64,000 nt of DNA from Burkholderiaceae bacterium (GTDB lineage: Bacteria > Pseudomonadota > Gammaproteobacteria > Burkholderiales > Burkholderiaceae_C), in contig JACKLN010000013.1 in assembly GCA_024235855.1 (NCBI GenBank), positions 2,950 to 66,949 on the forward strand, written 5' to 3'. This document shows, piece after piece, positions 1-9,489 of this stretch (within the stretch, counting starts at the first letter, position 1; each line of letters opens with the position of its first letter). The position numbers and the translations under genes are program-made. A model generated the notes under the pieces. It was given only the letters and a program-made list of their open reading frames with translations. It was not told the DNA's origin and searched no databases.

Positions 1-548
1 CTGGCCAGCATCTTGGTGACCTGGCGCGTGGGCCCGCGCACCTTCATGCCGCGCAGGTCCGCCGGCGACTTGATGAGCTTCTTCGCGCTGTGGAACATGC
101 CCGGGCCGTGCACGTGCAGCGCCAGCACCTGGGTCTCCTTGAACTCGTCGGGGCACTCGGTCTGGAAGTACTCCCAGTAGGCCTTGGACGTGGCCTCGGC
201 GTGGTTCATCATGAACGGCAGTTCGAAGACCTCGATGCGCGGGAAGCGCCCCGCCGTGGTGCCGGGCAAGGTCCAGACGATGTCCACGACGCCGTCGCGC
301 GCCTGGTCGTACAGCTGCGCCGGCGTGCCGCCGAGTTGCATCGCCGGGTAGCCCTCGAACTTGATGCGGCCGCCGGACTCCTTCTCCACCTTCTCCATCC
401 ACGGCTTGTGCATCAGCAGCCAGACGTTGGACAGCGGCGCCATGAAGGTGTGGAACTTCAGCGTCACGGTCTGCTGGGCCAGTGCGGCCAGCGGCGTACC
501 GAGGCTGGCAGCGGCAGCAGCGCCGGTGACGAAGGTGCGGCGTTTCAT
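1..548 (-). CDS. dctP: TRAP transporter substrate-binding protein (DctP family), truncated by window edge
   Basis: Own translation from ATG at 548: MKRRTFVTGAAAAASLG...LKFHTFMAP...PAMQLGG...DQARDGVVDIVW...GRFP...FELPF...DLRGMKVRGP; follows dctQM. Confidence 0.9.
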   Translation of the reverse strand, partial: MKRRTFVTGAAAAASLGTPLAALAQQTVTLKFHTFMAPLSNVWLLMHKPWMEKVEKESGGRIKFEGYPAMQLGGTPAQLYDQARDGVVDIVWTLPGTTAGRFPRIEVFELPFMMNHAEATSKAYWEYFQTECPDEFKETQVLALHVHGPGMFHSAKKLIKSPADLRGMKVRGPTRQVTKMLA

Positions 549-640
549 CGGGAATCCTCCTGTGTCGAATGCCCGGCAAGGTACCGGCCGGCGGGCGCGC
601 TGGCGACGCGGTTTTCCCTATCGGGGTTGATCCGGGATGG

Positions 641-1963
641 TCAGCCCACGAAGCCCACCAGCCACAGGGACAATGGCGGCACGAAGAACAGCAGCAGCGT
701 GCGCAGCACGTCGCTGGCCAGGAAGGGGATCACGCCGCGGTAGCTCTCGGCGATGGGCACACCCGGCGCCATGCCGTTGACCACGTAGACGTTCAGCCCC
801 ACCGGCGGCGTCAGCAGGCCGAAGCCCACCGTCATCAGCACCATGATGCCGAACCAGATGGCCACGCTCTCTTGCGGCATGCCGAAGTCCAGCGCCATCA
901 CCATCGGAAAGAAGATCGGGATGGTCAGCAGGATCACCGACAGCTCGTCCATCACCGCGCCGCTGACCACATAGAACAGCAGGATGGCGCCCACCACGGC
1001 CCAGGGCGACAGGCCCCAGCCGGCCACCATCTCCGCCAGCTGGTTGGGCACCTGGGTCAGCGCCAGCGCGCCGTTCATCAGGTCGGCGCCGAGGAAGATC
1101 AGGAAGATCATCGCAGAGGCGCTGGCCGTGGCGTAGAAGCACTGCCCCAGCTTGGCGAACGTCAGCTCGCGCCGCGCCAGTGCGGCGACGAAGGTGGCCG
1201 CCGCGCCGACCGCGGCGCCCTCGGTGGGCGTGAACCAGCCGCCGTAGATGCCACCGAACACGAGCAGGAAGATCAGCGCGATCGGCCCCACGCCCCAGAG
1301 CGCGCGCGCGGTGAGGCGGGGCATCTCACCCTCGTCGTGCTCCGGCGCGTGGCCCGGCACCCAGCGCACGTACAGCGCGATCGCCACCATGTAGCCCAGC
1401 ATGGCGATCAGGCCCGGGATCATGGCCGCGGCGAACAGCTTGGCGATGTTCTGCTCGGTGAGGATGGCGTAGATCACCAGCGGCACCGACGGCGGGATCA
1501 GGATGCCCAGCGTGCCGCCCGCGGCCAGCGTGCCGGTGGACAGGCGACCGGAGTAGCCGTGCCGCTTCATCTCCGGCAGCGCCACCTGGGTGATCGTGGC
1601 CGCAGTGGCGATCGACGAGCCGCAGATGGCCCCAAAAGCCGCGCTGGCCACCACCGCCGCCATCGCCAGCCCGCCGCGGGCGCGCGCCATCAGCGCCGCC
1701 GCCACCTCGAACAGCGCCCGCGACAGCCCGCCCTGGGTGGCGAAGTTGCCCATCAGGATGAACAGCGGGATCACGCTGAGGTCGTAGCTGGCAAAGCGCG
1801 CGAAGGCCTGGGTGTTCAGGAAGGCCGCCAGCGGCCCCCAGCCCGCCTGCTCGACGTAGCCCACGGCACCGGCGATGAACATGGCGATCGCGATCGGCAC
1901 GCGCACCGCCATCAGCGCCAGCATCAGCGCGAACAGCAGGCCGGCCTGCATCAGCGGCGTCAT
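641..1963 (-). CDS. dctM: TRAP transporter large permease
   Basis: Polytopic membrane protein with IPLFILMG, FGAICGSS, GGTLGILIPPS, TPTEGAA, TPPVGLN motifs; start MTPLMQ overlaps dctQ stop. Confidence 0.93.
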   Translation of the reverse strand: MTPLMQAGLLFALMLALMAVRVPIAIAMFIAGAVGYVEQAGWGPLAAFLNTQAFARFASYDLSVIPLFILMGNFATQGGLSRALFEVAAALMARARGGLAMAAVVASAAFGAICGSSIATAATITQVALPEMKRHGYSGRLSTGTLAAGGTLGILIPPSVPLVIYAILTEQNIAKLFAAAMIPGLIAMLGYMVAIALYVRWVPGHAPEHDEGEMPRLTARALWGVGPIALIFLLVFGGIYGGWFTPTEGAAVGAAATFVAALARRELTFAKLGQCFYATASASAMIFLIFLGADLMNGALALTQVPNQLAEMVAGWGLSPWAVVGAILLFYVVSGAVMDELSVILLTIPIFFPMVMALDFGMPQESVAIWFGIMVLMTVGFGLLTPPVGLNVYVVNGMAPGVPIAESYRGVIPFLASDVLRTLLLFFVPPLSLWLVGFVG

Positions 1964-2439
1964 GCCCCGGCCTCCCTGCTGCCGAAGCCCCGCACCGCCT
2001 GCACCGCGGCGATGACGCCGGTCAGCGCCAGCGCCGGCACGATAGCGGCGTACACCGGCCACTCCGGAAAGCCCAGCATCATGGTCTCGGCCTTCGTCTC
2101 CCAGGCGGACAGGCCACCCACCGCACTGCGCCAGGTCAGTAGCGCCATCGCCGCGGCCAGCAGCGCGGCGCCTACACGGTCCAGCGTCTCGCGCGTGGCG
2201 GGTGCGGTGCGCTGGGTGAAGAAGTCCACGATGATGTTGGCGCGCCGCAGCTGGCCCAGCGGCAGGAACAGCGCGATCGCCGCACCGGCGGCCACGCCGG
2301 TGAGCTCGAAGTCGCCGATGATCGTCCAGCCCGTGGTGTTGCGGCCGATCAGGCTGGCGCAGGTCATCAGCGTGACGGTGGTCAGCAGCAGGCCGGCCAG
2401 CAGCGCGCAGGCCTTGGCCAGGAACTCCAGCGCGCGCAT
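1960..2439 (-). CDS. dctQ: TRAP transporter small permease
   Basis: About 159 aa with 4 TM segments (MRALEFLAKAC...GDFELT...NIIVDFF), adjacent to dctM. Confidence 0.88.
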   Translation of the reverse strand: MRALEFLAKACALLAGLLLTTVTLMTCASLIGRNTTGWTIIGDFELTGVAAGAAIALFLPLGQLRRANIIVDFFTQRTAPATRETLDRVGAALLAAAMALLTWRSAVGGLSAWETKAETMMLGFPEWPVYAAIVPALALTGVIAAVQAVRGFGSREAGA

Positions 2440-2759
2440 CAGTACTGGGTCTCCGGCAGGTGCACGACCAGACCTTCGAGCGATTCGGTCAGCATGATCT
2501 CGCAGCTCAGGCGGCTTTCCGGCCGGCGCTCTGCGGCGGTCATCTCCAGCATCGACGCCTCGTCGTCCGACACCGGCGGCAGCCGCTCCGCCCAGGCCGG
2601 ATCCACGTAGACGTGGCAGGTGGCGCAGCTCAGGCAACCGCCGCAGTCGGCGGCGATGCCGTCGATGCCGGCCTTGGTGGCGGCGCGCATCAGGCTCTGG
2701 CCAGGGCCGGCGTCCAGCACGTGGCGCGTGCCGTCGGCGGCGATCAGGGTGATCTGCAT
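2439..2759 (-). CDS. 2Fe-2S ferredoxin (putidaredoxin/adrenodoxin type)
   Basis: ADCGGCLSCATCHVYV...SRLSC motif, 106 aa. Confidence 0.93.
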   Translation of the reverse strand: MQITLIAADGTRHVLDAGPGQSLMRAATKAGIDGIAADCGGCLSCATCHVYVDPAWAERLPPVSDDEASMLEMTAAERRPESRLSCEIMLTESLEGLVVHLPETQY

Positions 2760-2768
2760 GGAATGGGT

Positions 2769-4199
2769 CTAGAAGCGGCTGAAGTACTCGCGGCGATCGA
2801 ACTCGGCAGGGTCCTCGGCGGCGTCGCAGCGCGCCTGCTCCTGGCGCTTGACGGCGACGAAGGTCTCGACGAAGGCGCGGCCCATCGCGTCGCACAGCGT
2901 GGTGTCGGCCTGCAGCGCGTCCAGCGCGTCGCCCAGCCGGATGGGCAGCGGCGCGCCGCCCTCGGCATAGGGCGACTCGGTGGGTGGCGGCGGCTCCAGG
3001 CCGCGCGCCAGCCCATCGAGCCCGGCGTGGATCTGCGCCGCCATGTAGGCATAGGGGTTGGCCGCGGGCTCGCCGATGCGATTCTCGATCCGGGTGGCGA
3101 CGTCACCGGGCCCGCCGACGAGCCGCAGCATGGCGCCGCGGTTGTCGCGCCCCCAGGCCACCTGCATCGGCGCCAGCGCGTTCGGCCGGAAGCGGCCGAA
3201 GCCGTTGGTGGTGCTGGTACCGAACACCGTGGCACCGGGGGCGTGTGCCAGCAACCCGGCCAGCCAGTGGCGGCCCGTGGCCGACAGCGGCGCGTCGGCG
3301 TCGGCGAAGGCGTTGCGCCCCTCGGCATCGACCAGCGAATGGTGCAGGTGCCAGCCGCTGGCCATGACCTGGGGAAACGGCGGCCGGCAGACGAAGCTGG
3401 CGTGGTAGCCGGCGCGCCGCAGCGCCTGCTGCACGCCGTTGCGGAAGCGCAGCATGCCATCGGCGGCGTCGAGCGCATCCATCGCGTCGAACACCGCCTC
3501 CACCTGGCTGGGGCCGAGCTCGATCTCCAGCGAGCGCAGCGGCAGACCCAGGCCCAGGGCGGTGTCACGCACGATGTCGAACACCGGCGCCACGCGGTCG
3601 GCATGCGCCTCGCTCAGTAACTGCCAGCCCGGGTGGATCAGCTCGACCGCCGGCGGCTCGGGCGGCCAGGTGCTGGTGGCCGGGTCCAGACGCTCGTCCA
3701 CGATGCGGTAGACGTGGAACTCGACCTCCAGACCGCAGCGCAGACGCCAGCCGGCGTCGGCCAGCCGCGCCACCGCGCGCTGCAGCACGCGCCGAGGGTC
3801 CTGCAGCACCGGCGTGCCGTCGGCGAACCAGGGCTGGCCCAGCACCCAGGCCGTGCCCGGCGCCCAGGGCAGCAGCGTGAAGCTGGCCGGGTCGGGCAGC
3901 AGCCACAGGTTGGCCGCACCGCCGAAGCCATCGGGTGCCCCGCCGGGCTCGAAGACCTTGAACGCGGTGCGGTCCGACGTGTCTTTCAGCAGCAGCGTGC
4001 CCACGAGGCCGACACCGTCCATCAGCGCGGCATCCAGCGCGTGCGGCATCAGCGTCTTGCCGCGGAGCCATCCGTGCAGGTCACCCCAGGCCACCCGCAC
4101 CTGGCGCACGTCGGCCTCGCGCACACGGGCGCGCAAGGCGTCGCACGCCGCGGCACGCGCGGCATCGTGCAGGCCGCAGCGTTGTGCCAGCGACGTCAC
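2769..4199 (-). CDS. Glutamine synthetase-like protein (probable gamma-glutamylating ligase)
   Basis: DLHGWLRGK, GLEVEF, EIELGPSQVE, SGWHLHHSL, WGRDNRGAMLR, RIENR, ANPY motifs; GTG start chosen because it overlaps the upstream stop (GTGA). Confidence 0.88.
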   Translation of the reverse strand: MTSLAQRCGLHDAARAAACDALRARVREADVRQVRVAWGDLHGWLRGKTLMPHALDAALMDGVGLVGTLLLKDTSDRTAFKVFEPGGAPDGFGGAANLWLLPDPASFTLLPWAPGTAWVLGQPWFADGTPVLQDPRRVLQRAVARLADAGWRLRCGLEVEFHVYRIVDERLDPATSTWPPEPPAVELIHPGWQLLSEAHADRVAPVFDIVRDTALGLGLPLRSLEIELGPSQVEAVFDAMDALDAADGMLRFRNGVQQALRRAGYHASFVCRPPFPQVMASGWHLHHSLVDAEGRNAFADADAPLSATGRHWLAGLLAHAPGATVFGTSTTNGFGRFRPNALAPMQVAWGRDNRGAMLRLVGGPGDVATRIENRIGEPAANPYAYMAAQIHAGLDGLARGLEPPPPTESPYAEGGAPLPIRLGDALDALQADTTLCDAMGRAFVETFVAVKRQEQARCDAAEDPAEFDRREYFSRF

Positions 4200-5560
4200 G
4201 CGGGCGTGGCTTTCTCGGCCAGCCAGGGCGTGCCCGCCGCGCGGGCGGCCACACGCGCGCGCCACCAGGCCTCCCAGCCCTGCGCCGGCGCGATGCCGTC
4301 GATCGTGTCCGGGCCGGCCGGGCCGGCGCCTTCCGGCAGGCGTGGCATCGGCGGCGTGCCGCCGGCAGCCACGGTGTCGATGGCCTTCAGCAGCTCACGG
4401 CGGTTGGCCATGATGACCTTGTCGCTGGTGCCCAGGTGCTCGCGCGTGCGGTCCTGGATGGCGCCCATGCTCTCCACGGCCCACTGGTCGTGGCGGTTGA
4501 TGTCGTCCTCGCCCATGCCCAGGAAGGTGGTGCTGCGCTGCTCGGCCGGATCGAAGCACCAGGCATCGTGGCGGCCGTGCTTGGGGACGTAGTCCGGCAG
4601 CGTCATGTGCGCCAGGCGCTGGCTGCGCATGGTGTCGCGGTCCACCGGCGCGTCGAAGCTGGTGAAGAAGCTGTACCAATAGGTGTGCGTGTCGTCCACC
4701 GGCACGTGCATCTGCGTGATCGTCATCGTCTCCGACAGCGGGATCACGAAGGTGTACGGGAAGGCGGCGTGGGTGATGCGCACGTGCGTGAGACGCTCGT
4801 TCATCGCCCGCAGCGTGGTGATGCGCCGCAGCCCCGGCGCCGGCTCCTCGTGGCGGATCTCGGGGCTGCCGAACTCGCGCATCACGCGGGTCATCGGCCA
4901 GCGCTCGCCATCCACGTCGCCGCTGCTGGCGTTGCGGAACTGACGGCCGTAGGCGTCGTCCAGCCCGGCATCCTGCTCGAAGCGGTGCAGGTAGCTGGTG
5001 TGGCTGGGGTCGATGCCCACCTCGAAGGCCTGCAGCCAGTTGCACTGCCACAGGCCCTTGAACGCGAAGACGTGGCTGTCGGGCGCGGTGAAGCAGTGGA
5101 AGTCCGGCAGCGGCGGCGGCGTGCTGCCCTCCGGGCCCAGCCAGGCGAACAGCACGCCGGCACGCAGCTGCACCGGGTAGCTGCGCTGGCGCACGCGGGT
5201 GCACAGGGTACTGCCCATCGGCTCGGCCGGCGTCTGCAGGCAGCGGCCGTCGGCGGCGAACTTCCAGCCGTGGAACGGGCAGCGGATGCCATCACCCTCG
5301 TGGCGGGCGAAGGCGAGGTCGGCACCCCGGTGCGGGCAGTCGCGGTCCAGCAGCGCCCACTCGCCGGCGGCATCCCGGAACAGCACGAAGTCCTGGCCCA
5401 GCAGCCGCACGGCCTTCAGCGGACGCTCGGCCATGCGCGGGTCCAGCGCCGGGTCGAACTCGTCGAGCAGCGCTGCCGGCTGCCAGTAGTGGCGCATCAG
5501 CGCGCCGCAGGGCGTGCCGGGACCGATGCGGGTGATGCGCTCGTTCTGTTCGGCGTTCAT
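4196..5560 (-). CDS. Rieske non-heme iron oxygenase alpha subunit (phthalate 4,5-dioxygenase/VanA-like class)
   Basis: Rieske ligands CPHRG...CPFHGW; mononuclear iron motif EVGIDPSHTSYLH; C-terminal D-x-W-A-V-E-S-M-G and EHLGTSD. Confidence 0.92.
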   Translation of the reverse strand: MNAEQNERITRIGPGTPCGALMRHYWQPAALLDEFDPALDPRMAERPLKAVRLLGQDFVLFRDAAGEWALLDRDCPHRGADLAFARHEGDGIRCPFHGWKFAADGRCLQTPAEPMGSTLCTRVRQRSYPVQLRAGVLFAWLGPEGSTPPPLPDFHCFTAPDSHVFAFKGLWQCNWLQAFEVGIDPSHTSYLHRFEQDAGLDDAYGRQFRNASSGDVDGERWPMTRVMREFGSPEIRHEEPAPGLRRITTLRAMNERLTHVRITHAAFPYTFVIPLSETMTITQMHVPVDDTHTYWYSFFTSFDAPVDRDTMRSQRLAHMTLPDYVPKHGRHDAWCFDPAEQRSTTFLGMGEDDINRHDQWAVESMGAIQDRTREHLGTSDKVIMANRRELLKAIDTVAAGGTPPMPRLPEGAGPAGPDTIDGIAPAQGWEAWWRARVAARAAGTPWLAEKATPA

Positions 5561-5569
5561 GCGGGCACT

Positions 5570-5746
5570 CTACAAGTCGGCCTGGGCGGTGGCTATCAGG
5601 GCCGCCACGCGGTCGGCATCGCCCAGGTCCTGCGCCAGCAGCAGCACGAGCTTGACCAGCATCTTCTCGCTGTGCGCCTCGCCGGCGGCGTCGATGGCCT
5701 CGGCCAAGCGGTCGTAGGTGGCTTCCAGGCCGGGCAGGGTCAGCAT
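5570..5746 (-). CDS. Small DUF2783-like protein
   Basis: 58 aa MLTLPGLEATYDRLAEAIDAAG...KLVLLLAQDLGD; this family typically follows FAD monooxygenases. Confidence 0.7.
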   Translation of the reverse strand: MLTLPGLEATYDRLAEAIDAAGEAHSEKMLVKLVLLLAQDLGDADRVAALIATAQADL

Positions 5747-7341
5747 GGGGCGGGTCCTCCGAGCAGGGTGGCAATGGCGGTGTCGAGGGTGGCGGCATCC
5801 ACGGTCTGCCAGCGCGCAGCGACGTGCTGATCCGGGCGCAGCAGCCAGGCGTGGCCGTCGGCCATGCCCAGGCGCTCGAGCGCCGGCAGGGCCAGCGCCG
5901 CGCAGCGCAGGCCGCGGGCCTGCCATCGCTGCAGCACGTCGTCCAGGTCGGCACGGGGGGCCGTGGTCATCAGCACCACGGCACCGTCGGCGACGCGGTC
6001 CAGCAGGTGGTCGCCTTCCCCCAGCTTCAGGTTGGGCAGCGGGTCACCGGCCGGGCCCGCACCGCTGTTCAGCGGCGAGTCTCGGTAGTCGTGCGGGCGC
6101 GACGTGCGCCAGTGGTACAGCGGCCGCACGAAGGCCTGCGTCAGGCTCAGCGACAGCACGGCGTCGCGCAGCAGGCGATAACCGCGCGTGGGCGGAGTCA
6201 TGAAGCGCGTGCTCTTGCCGGCCTCGTCGACGATCTCGCGTGCGGCGGCCACGCGCTCGTGGCTGTAGCTGGCCAGCAGTGCCGGCCCGGCCAGGCCGCG
6301 CACCACCAGCCCCAGTTTCCACGCCAGGTTCTGAGCGTCCTGGAAGCCAGTGTTGGCACCGCGCACGCCGAAGATGGGCAGCAGGTGCGCCGCGTCGCCG
6401 ACGAAGCAGACGCGGTGGTGCACATAGTCGGGCAGGGTCAGCGCGCGGGCCGAATAGACCGAGCTCCAGTCCATCTCCCACGGCACGCCGGCGTGGCCGA
6501 TCATCGCCAGCTGGGCGTCGATGCGCGCCTTCAGCGCTTCGGGCCGCAGTGCGTCGGCCGGGTCCTCGCCCGGCGGCAGCTGGTAGTCGATGCGCCAGAT
6601 GCCCTGCGGCTCACGGTGCATCAGCACGGTGTTGCCGCGGTTCCAGTCCGGGTCGAAGAAGGCCAGGCGCTCGGTGGGCAGCGGCAGGTCGACGCGGATG
6701 TCGGCAATGACGAAGCGCCCCTCGTAGGCCGCACCTTCCAGCTTCAGGGCGCAGAGCTGGCGCAAGGTGGAGCGTGCGCCGTCGGCGGCCACAACCCAGG
6801 CGGCTGGCTGGCGATAGGGACCCGCCGGCGTGTCGACCTCGATCTCGGCGCCCCCGGCATCGTTGCGGTGCAGCGCCACCAGCTTGTGCCCCCAGCACAG
6901 CTCGACCCGCGGCTCGGCGGCGATGCGCGCGATCAGCAGTTCCTCCAGCACCTGCTGCTGCAGGTTGGTCATCGGCGCGAAGCGGTCGTCCTCGGGGAAC
7001 GGCGCTTCCATGCGGAACACGCGTTGCCCTCGGTAGAAGGAGTTGCCGAAACGCCAGGCGAGGCCCTGCGCGGCCACGGCGTCGGCCACGCCGGCCTGCT
7101 GCAGGATCTCCATCGAGCGCCGCGTGAAGACGATGGCGCGGCTGCCCTCGCTGACCTGCAGGTCGGCCATCAGCAGCCGGCAGCGCACGCCCTGCTGCGC
7201 CAACAAGAGCGCCGTGGTCAGGCCGATGGGGCCGCCGCCCACGATGAGCACCGGCGCGTCGGTAGGCACCGCCGGAGACGGCGCGCGCACGCGGTAATCA
7301 AAATATATCGACCGGCGGGGACTGGCGTCGGGGTGATGCAT
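5740..7341 (-). CDS. FAD-dependent aromatic monooxygenase (PheA/TfdB/MhpA-like)
   Basis: IVGGGPIG, AADGARS, GDAAH...PIFGVRGANTGFQDAQNLAWKL and C-terminal RPDQHV motifs. Confidence 0.92.
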   Translation of the reverse strand: MHHPDASPRRSIYFDYRVRAPSPAVPTDAPVLIVGGGPIGLTTALLLAQQGVRCRLLMADLQVSEGSRAIVFTRRSMEILQQAGVADAVAAQGLAWRFGNSFYRGQRVFRMEAPFPEDDRFAPMTNLQQQVLEELLIARIAAEPRVELCWGHKLVALHRNDAGGAEIEVDTPAGPYRQPAAWVVAADGARSTLRQLCALKLEGAAYEGRFVIADIRVDLPLPTERLAFFDPDWNRGNTVLMHREPQGIWRIDYQLPPGEDPADALRPEALKARIDAQLAMIGHAGVPWEMDWSSVYSARALTLPDYVHHRVCFVGDAAHLLPIFGVRGANTGFQDAQNLAWKLGLVVRGLAGPALLASYSHERVAAAREIVDEAGKSTRFMTPPTRGYRLLRDAVLSLSLTQAFVRPLYHWRTSRPHDYRDSPLNSGAGPAGDPLPNLKLGEGDHLLDRVADGAVVLMTTAPRADLDDVLQRWQARGLRCAALALPALERLGMADGHAWLLRPDQHVAARWQTVDAATLDTAIATLLGGPAPC

Positions 7342-7456
7342 GTCAGAGCAATTTAGCGCTGGACACGTCCGGTCTCGACCCGGAGCGGAAGTTCATGTTC
7401 GAGCGCTCGTGGTCCTCGCGCTCCACCGCCGCTGCAGCAGGGCGACGGCGTCGCCC

Positions 7457-7769
7457 GCGTTCTCCGGCCCACGCTCGCGGGGCGCTGCCATGGTTGATCC
7501 GCGGCCGAGGCTTCAACGCCGCCAGGGGTGAGTCAACGTCCAGGCAACCGCGAATGGGTCCTGCGCCCGCAGGCGCCACCGCCACCCTGCGACACCCGCT
7601 CGCTGCCCCTCGGTCCAGACGCCACGACGCTGAAGAGGGCCGGGGGTTCGGGTGGGCGGGCGCAGGCCCCATTCGCGGTCCCCTCGTCGGTGACAGACCG
7701 ACGCCGGCGTTGAAGCCTCGTCGGTGGCTCACCACGGGCAGTGCCCCGCGAGCGTGGGCCGGAGAACGC
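7457..7769. repeat. Long imperfect inverted repeat (arms ~115 bp, loop ~85 bp), MITE- or structured-RNA-like
   Basis: gcgttctccggcccacgctcgcggggc from 7457 is the reverse complement of the segment ending at 7769; 7547-7570 pairs with 7656-7679; shadow ORFs on both strands give near-identical peptides (SPAHARGALP...RGFNA...PRMGPAPA). Confidence 0.85.
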
Positions 7770-7860
7770 CTGCCCGGACCCCCGGCCACGCTGAACGGCG
7801 GCACTGATCCCTGCGCAAGTGTCCGCATCGAGTCGGAACCGGACTTTGATGTGCCGCCGT

Positions 7861-8898
7861 TCACCCTCGGGCCTCCCGCCACAAGCCCAGCTTCTCCTGC
7901 GCCACGCGGTCGGAGTACGAGAACAGCGCCCAGTCGTCCTGCGCATGCAGGGTGTACGGCATCCAGCCCGGCACCACGGCGATGTCGCGCGGGCCCATCG
8001 CGAACACCTGGTCCGCCACGCGCAGTTCACCGCGGCCCTCCACGGTGGTGAACACCATGCTGTCGCTGCTCCGATAGGGCAGCGTCGCGAAGCCGGCAGG
8101 CAGCAGGCGCACCATGGTGGCCATCGTGGGCATGGCCCAGCCACCGTCCACCGGGTTCACGTAGCGCATCAGGTGGCCGGTGTACGCATCCGGCGCGCCG
8201 GCCCGGGTCAGCGCGTGCAACGCCTCGCGGGTGCGTGCCCAGGGGTAGTTGAAGACCGGCGAATTGAGGTTCCTCGCCACATACCCCACCGGCAGCAGGC
8301 CGCTGCCGTAGCGCGCCAGCGCGTCGCCCACCGGGCGCGCCACCGGTGCCTCGGCCTGGTCGTGGTCCTCGCGGAAGGTGCTGCCGAAGAAGGTGCACAG
8401 CGGGATGTCCAGGCCGTCCAGCCAGACCATCGGTCCGTCACCGTCGTGGCCGTGGTGGTGCCAGGTCCAGCTGGGCGTGATGACGAAGTCGCCCGGCTGC
8501 ATGATCGTCTTCTCGCCGTCCACCGCCGTGTAGGCGCCCGAGCCTTCGACGATGAAGCGCAGCGCGCTCTGCGTGTGGCGGTGGGCCGGCGCCACCTCGC
8601 CGGGCATGATCAGCTGCAGGCCGGCATACAGCGTGTTCGTGATCTGGGACGTACCGCGCAGCGCCGGGTTCTCCAGGATCATCACGCGCCGCTCGGCCTC
8701 GGCGGCCGAGATCTGCCGCGCCGACTCCATCACGTGAGGCCGCAGGTCATCGTAGTGCCACACATGGGGCACAAGCTGATGCACCGGCAGCTTGGGCACC
8801 AGGGCCTTCAGCCGCGTCCACAACGGGGCCAGGTGCTGGGTGTCGGCGCGGGCGTAGAAGGCCTCGCGCCGGGCGGCGACGTCGTCGTCACCAGGCAT
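7861..8898 (-). CDS. gtdA: Gentisate 1,2-dioxygenase family bicupin ring-cleavage enzyme
   Basis: LAPLW, AERRVMILENPAL, AHRHTQSALRF, TPSWTWHHH, WLDGLDIP, LFSYSDRVAQEKLGLW; alternative GTG start at 8925. Confidence 0.9.
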   Translation of the reverse strand: MPGDDDVAARREAFYARADTQHLAPLWTRLKALVPKLPVHQLVPHVWHYDDLRPHVMESARQISAAEAERRVMILENPALRGTSQITNTLYAGLQLIMPGEVAPAHRHTQSALRFIVEGSGAYTAVDGEKTIMQPGDFVITPSWTWHHHGHDGDGPMVWLDGLDIPLCTFFGSTFREDHDQAEAPVARPVGDALARYGSGLLPVGYVARNLNSPVFNYPWARTREALHALTRAGAPDAYTGHLMRYVNPVDGGWAMPTMATMVRLLPAGFATLPYRSSDSMVFTTVEGRGELRVADQVFAMGPRDIAVVPGWMPYTLHAQDDWALFSYSDRVAQEKLGLWREARG

Positions 8899-8944
8899 CG
8901 CGTCAGGTTCGGCCTTGGCATGCACGGCAGGCTCCGGGAGTTCA

Positions 8945-8956
8945 TCAGTATGCTGA
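8945..8956. promoter_or_regulatory. Candidate MarR operator (near-palindrome TCAGTATGCTGA)
   Basis: AT-richer near-palindrome in the divergent gtdA/marR intergenic region. Confidence 0.5.
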
Positions 8957-9006
8957 CGATCAGTGTAGGAATAGACTGCCGGCCACCGAACCGGGTTAAC
9001 CCCCGC

Positions 9007-9489
9007 ATGCCCGCCGCCCCCCCTGCCCTGCCGCCCCTGGACTCCCTGCCCGGCTACCAGATCCGCCGGCTGCAGCAGATCGCCGTGGGCCTGTTCATGG
9101 ACGAGACCGCGGCGCACGACCTGACGCCGGTGCAGTTCGCCGCCCTGGCCAGCGTGGTCCGCCAGCCGGGCATGGACCAGCGCACGCTGGCCGGCGGCAT
9201 CGGCCTGGACACGTCCACCACCGCCGGCGTGGTCGACCGGCTCGAGAAGCGCGGCCTGGTCCGTCGAGAGGCCGCACCGGACGACCGCCGCGTGCGCCGG
9301 CTGGTGGCCACCGATGCCGGCCGTGCCCTGCTGACGGCCGTGTGGCCCGGCATGCAGCGTGCGCAGCAGCGCATCCTGGCGCCGCTGTCGGCCGCCGAAC
9401 GGCGGCAGTTCATGGCCCTGCTGGGCCGGCTGGTGGCGGCCAACAACGAGGCCAGCCGGGCGCCGAGTCGGCCCAGTACGCATGGCTGA
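9007..9489 (+). CDS. MarR family transcriptional regulator
   Basis: PGYQIRRLQQ...LTPVQFAAL...QRTLA...LDTSTTAGVVDRLEKRGLV.R...DDRRVR. Confidence 0.92.
   Translation: MPAAPPALPPLDSLPGYQIRRLQQIAVGLFMDETAAHDLTPVQFAALASVVRQPGMDQRTLAGGIGLDTSTTAGVVDRLEKRGLVRREAAPDDRRVRRLVATDAGRALLTAVWPGMQRAQQRILAPLSAAERRQFMALLGRLVAANNEASRAPSRPSTHG

Noticed and set aside
2769-4199. Housekeeping glnA
   Set aside because: Divergent sequence, embedded in a catabolic operon, no ntrBC context
7343-8144. ORFs across the palindrome on both strands encoding similar peptides
   Set aside because: The similarity follows from the DNA inverted repeat; composition and starts are not gene-like
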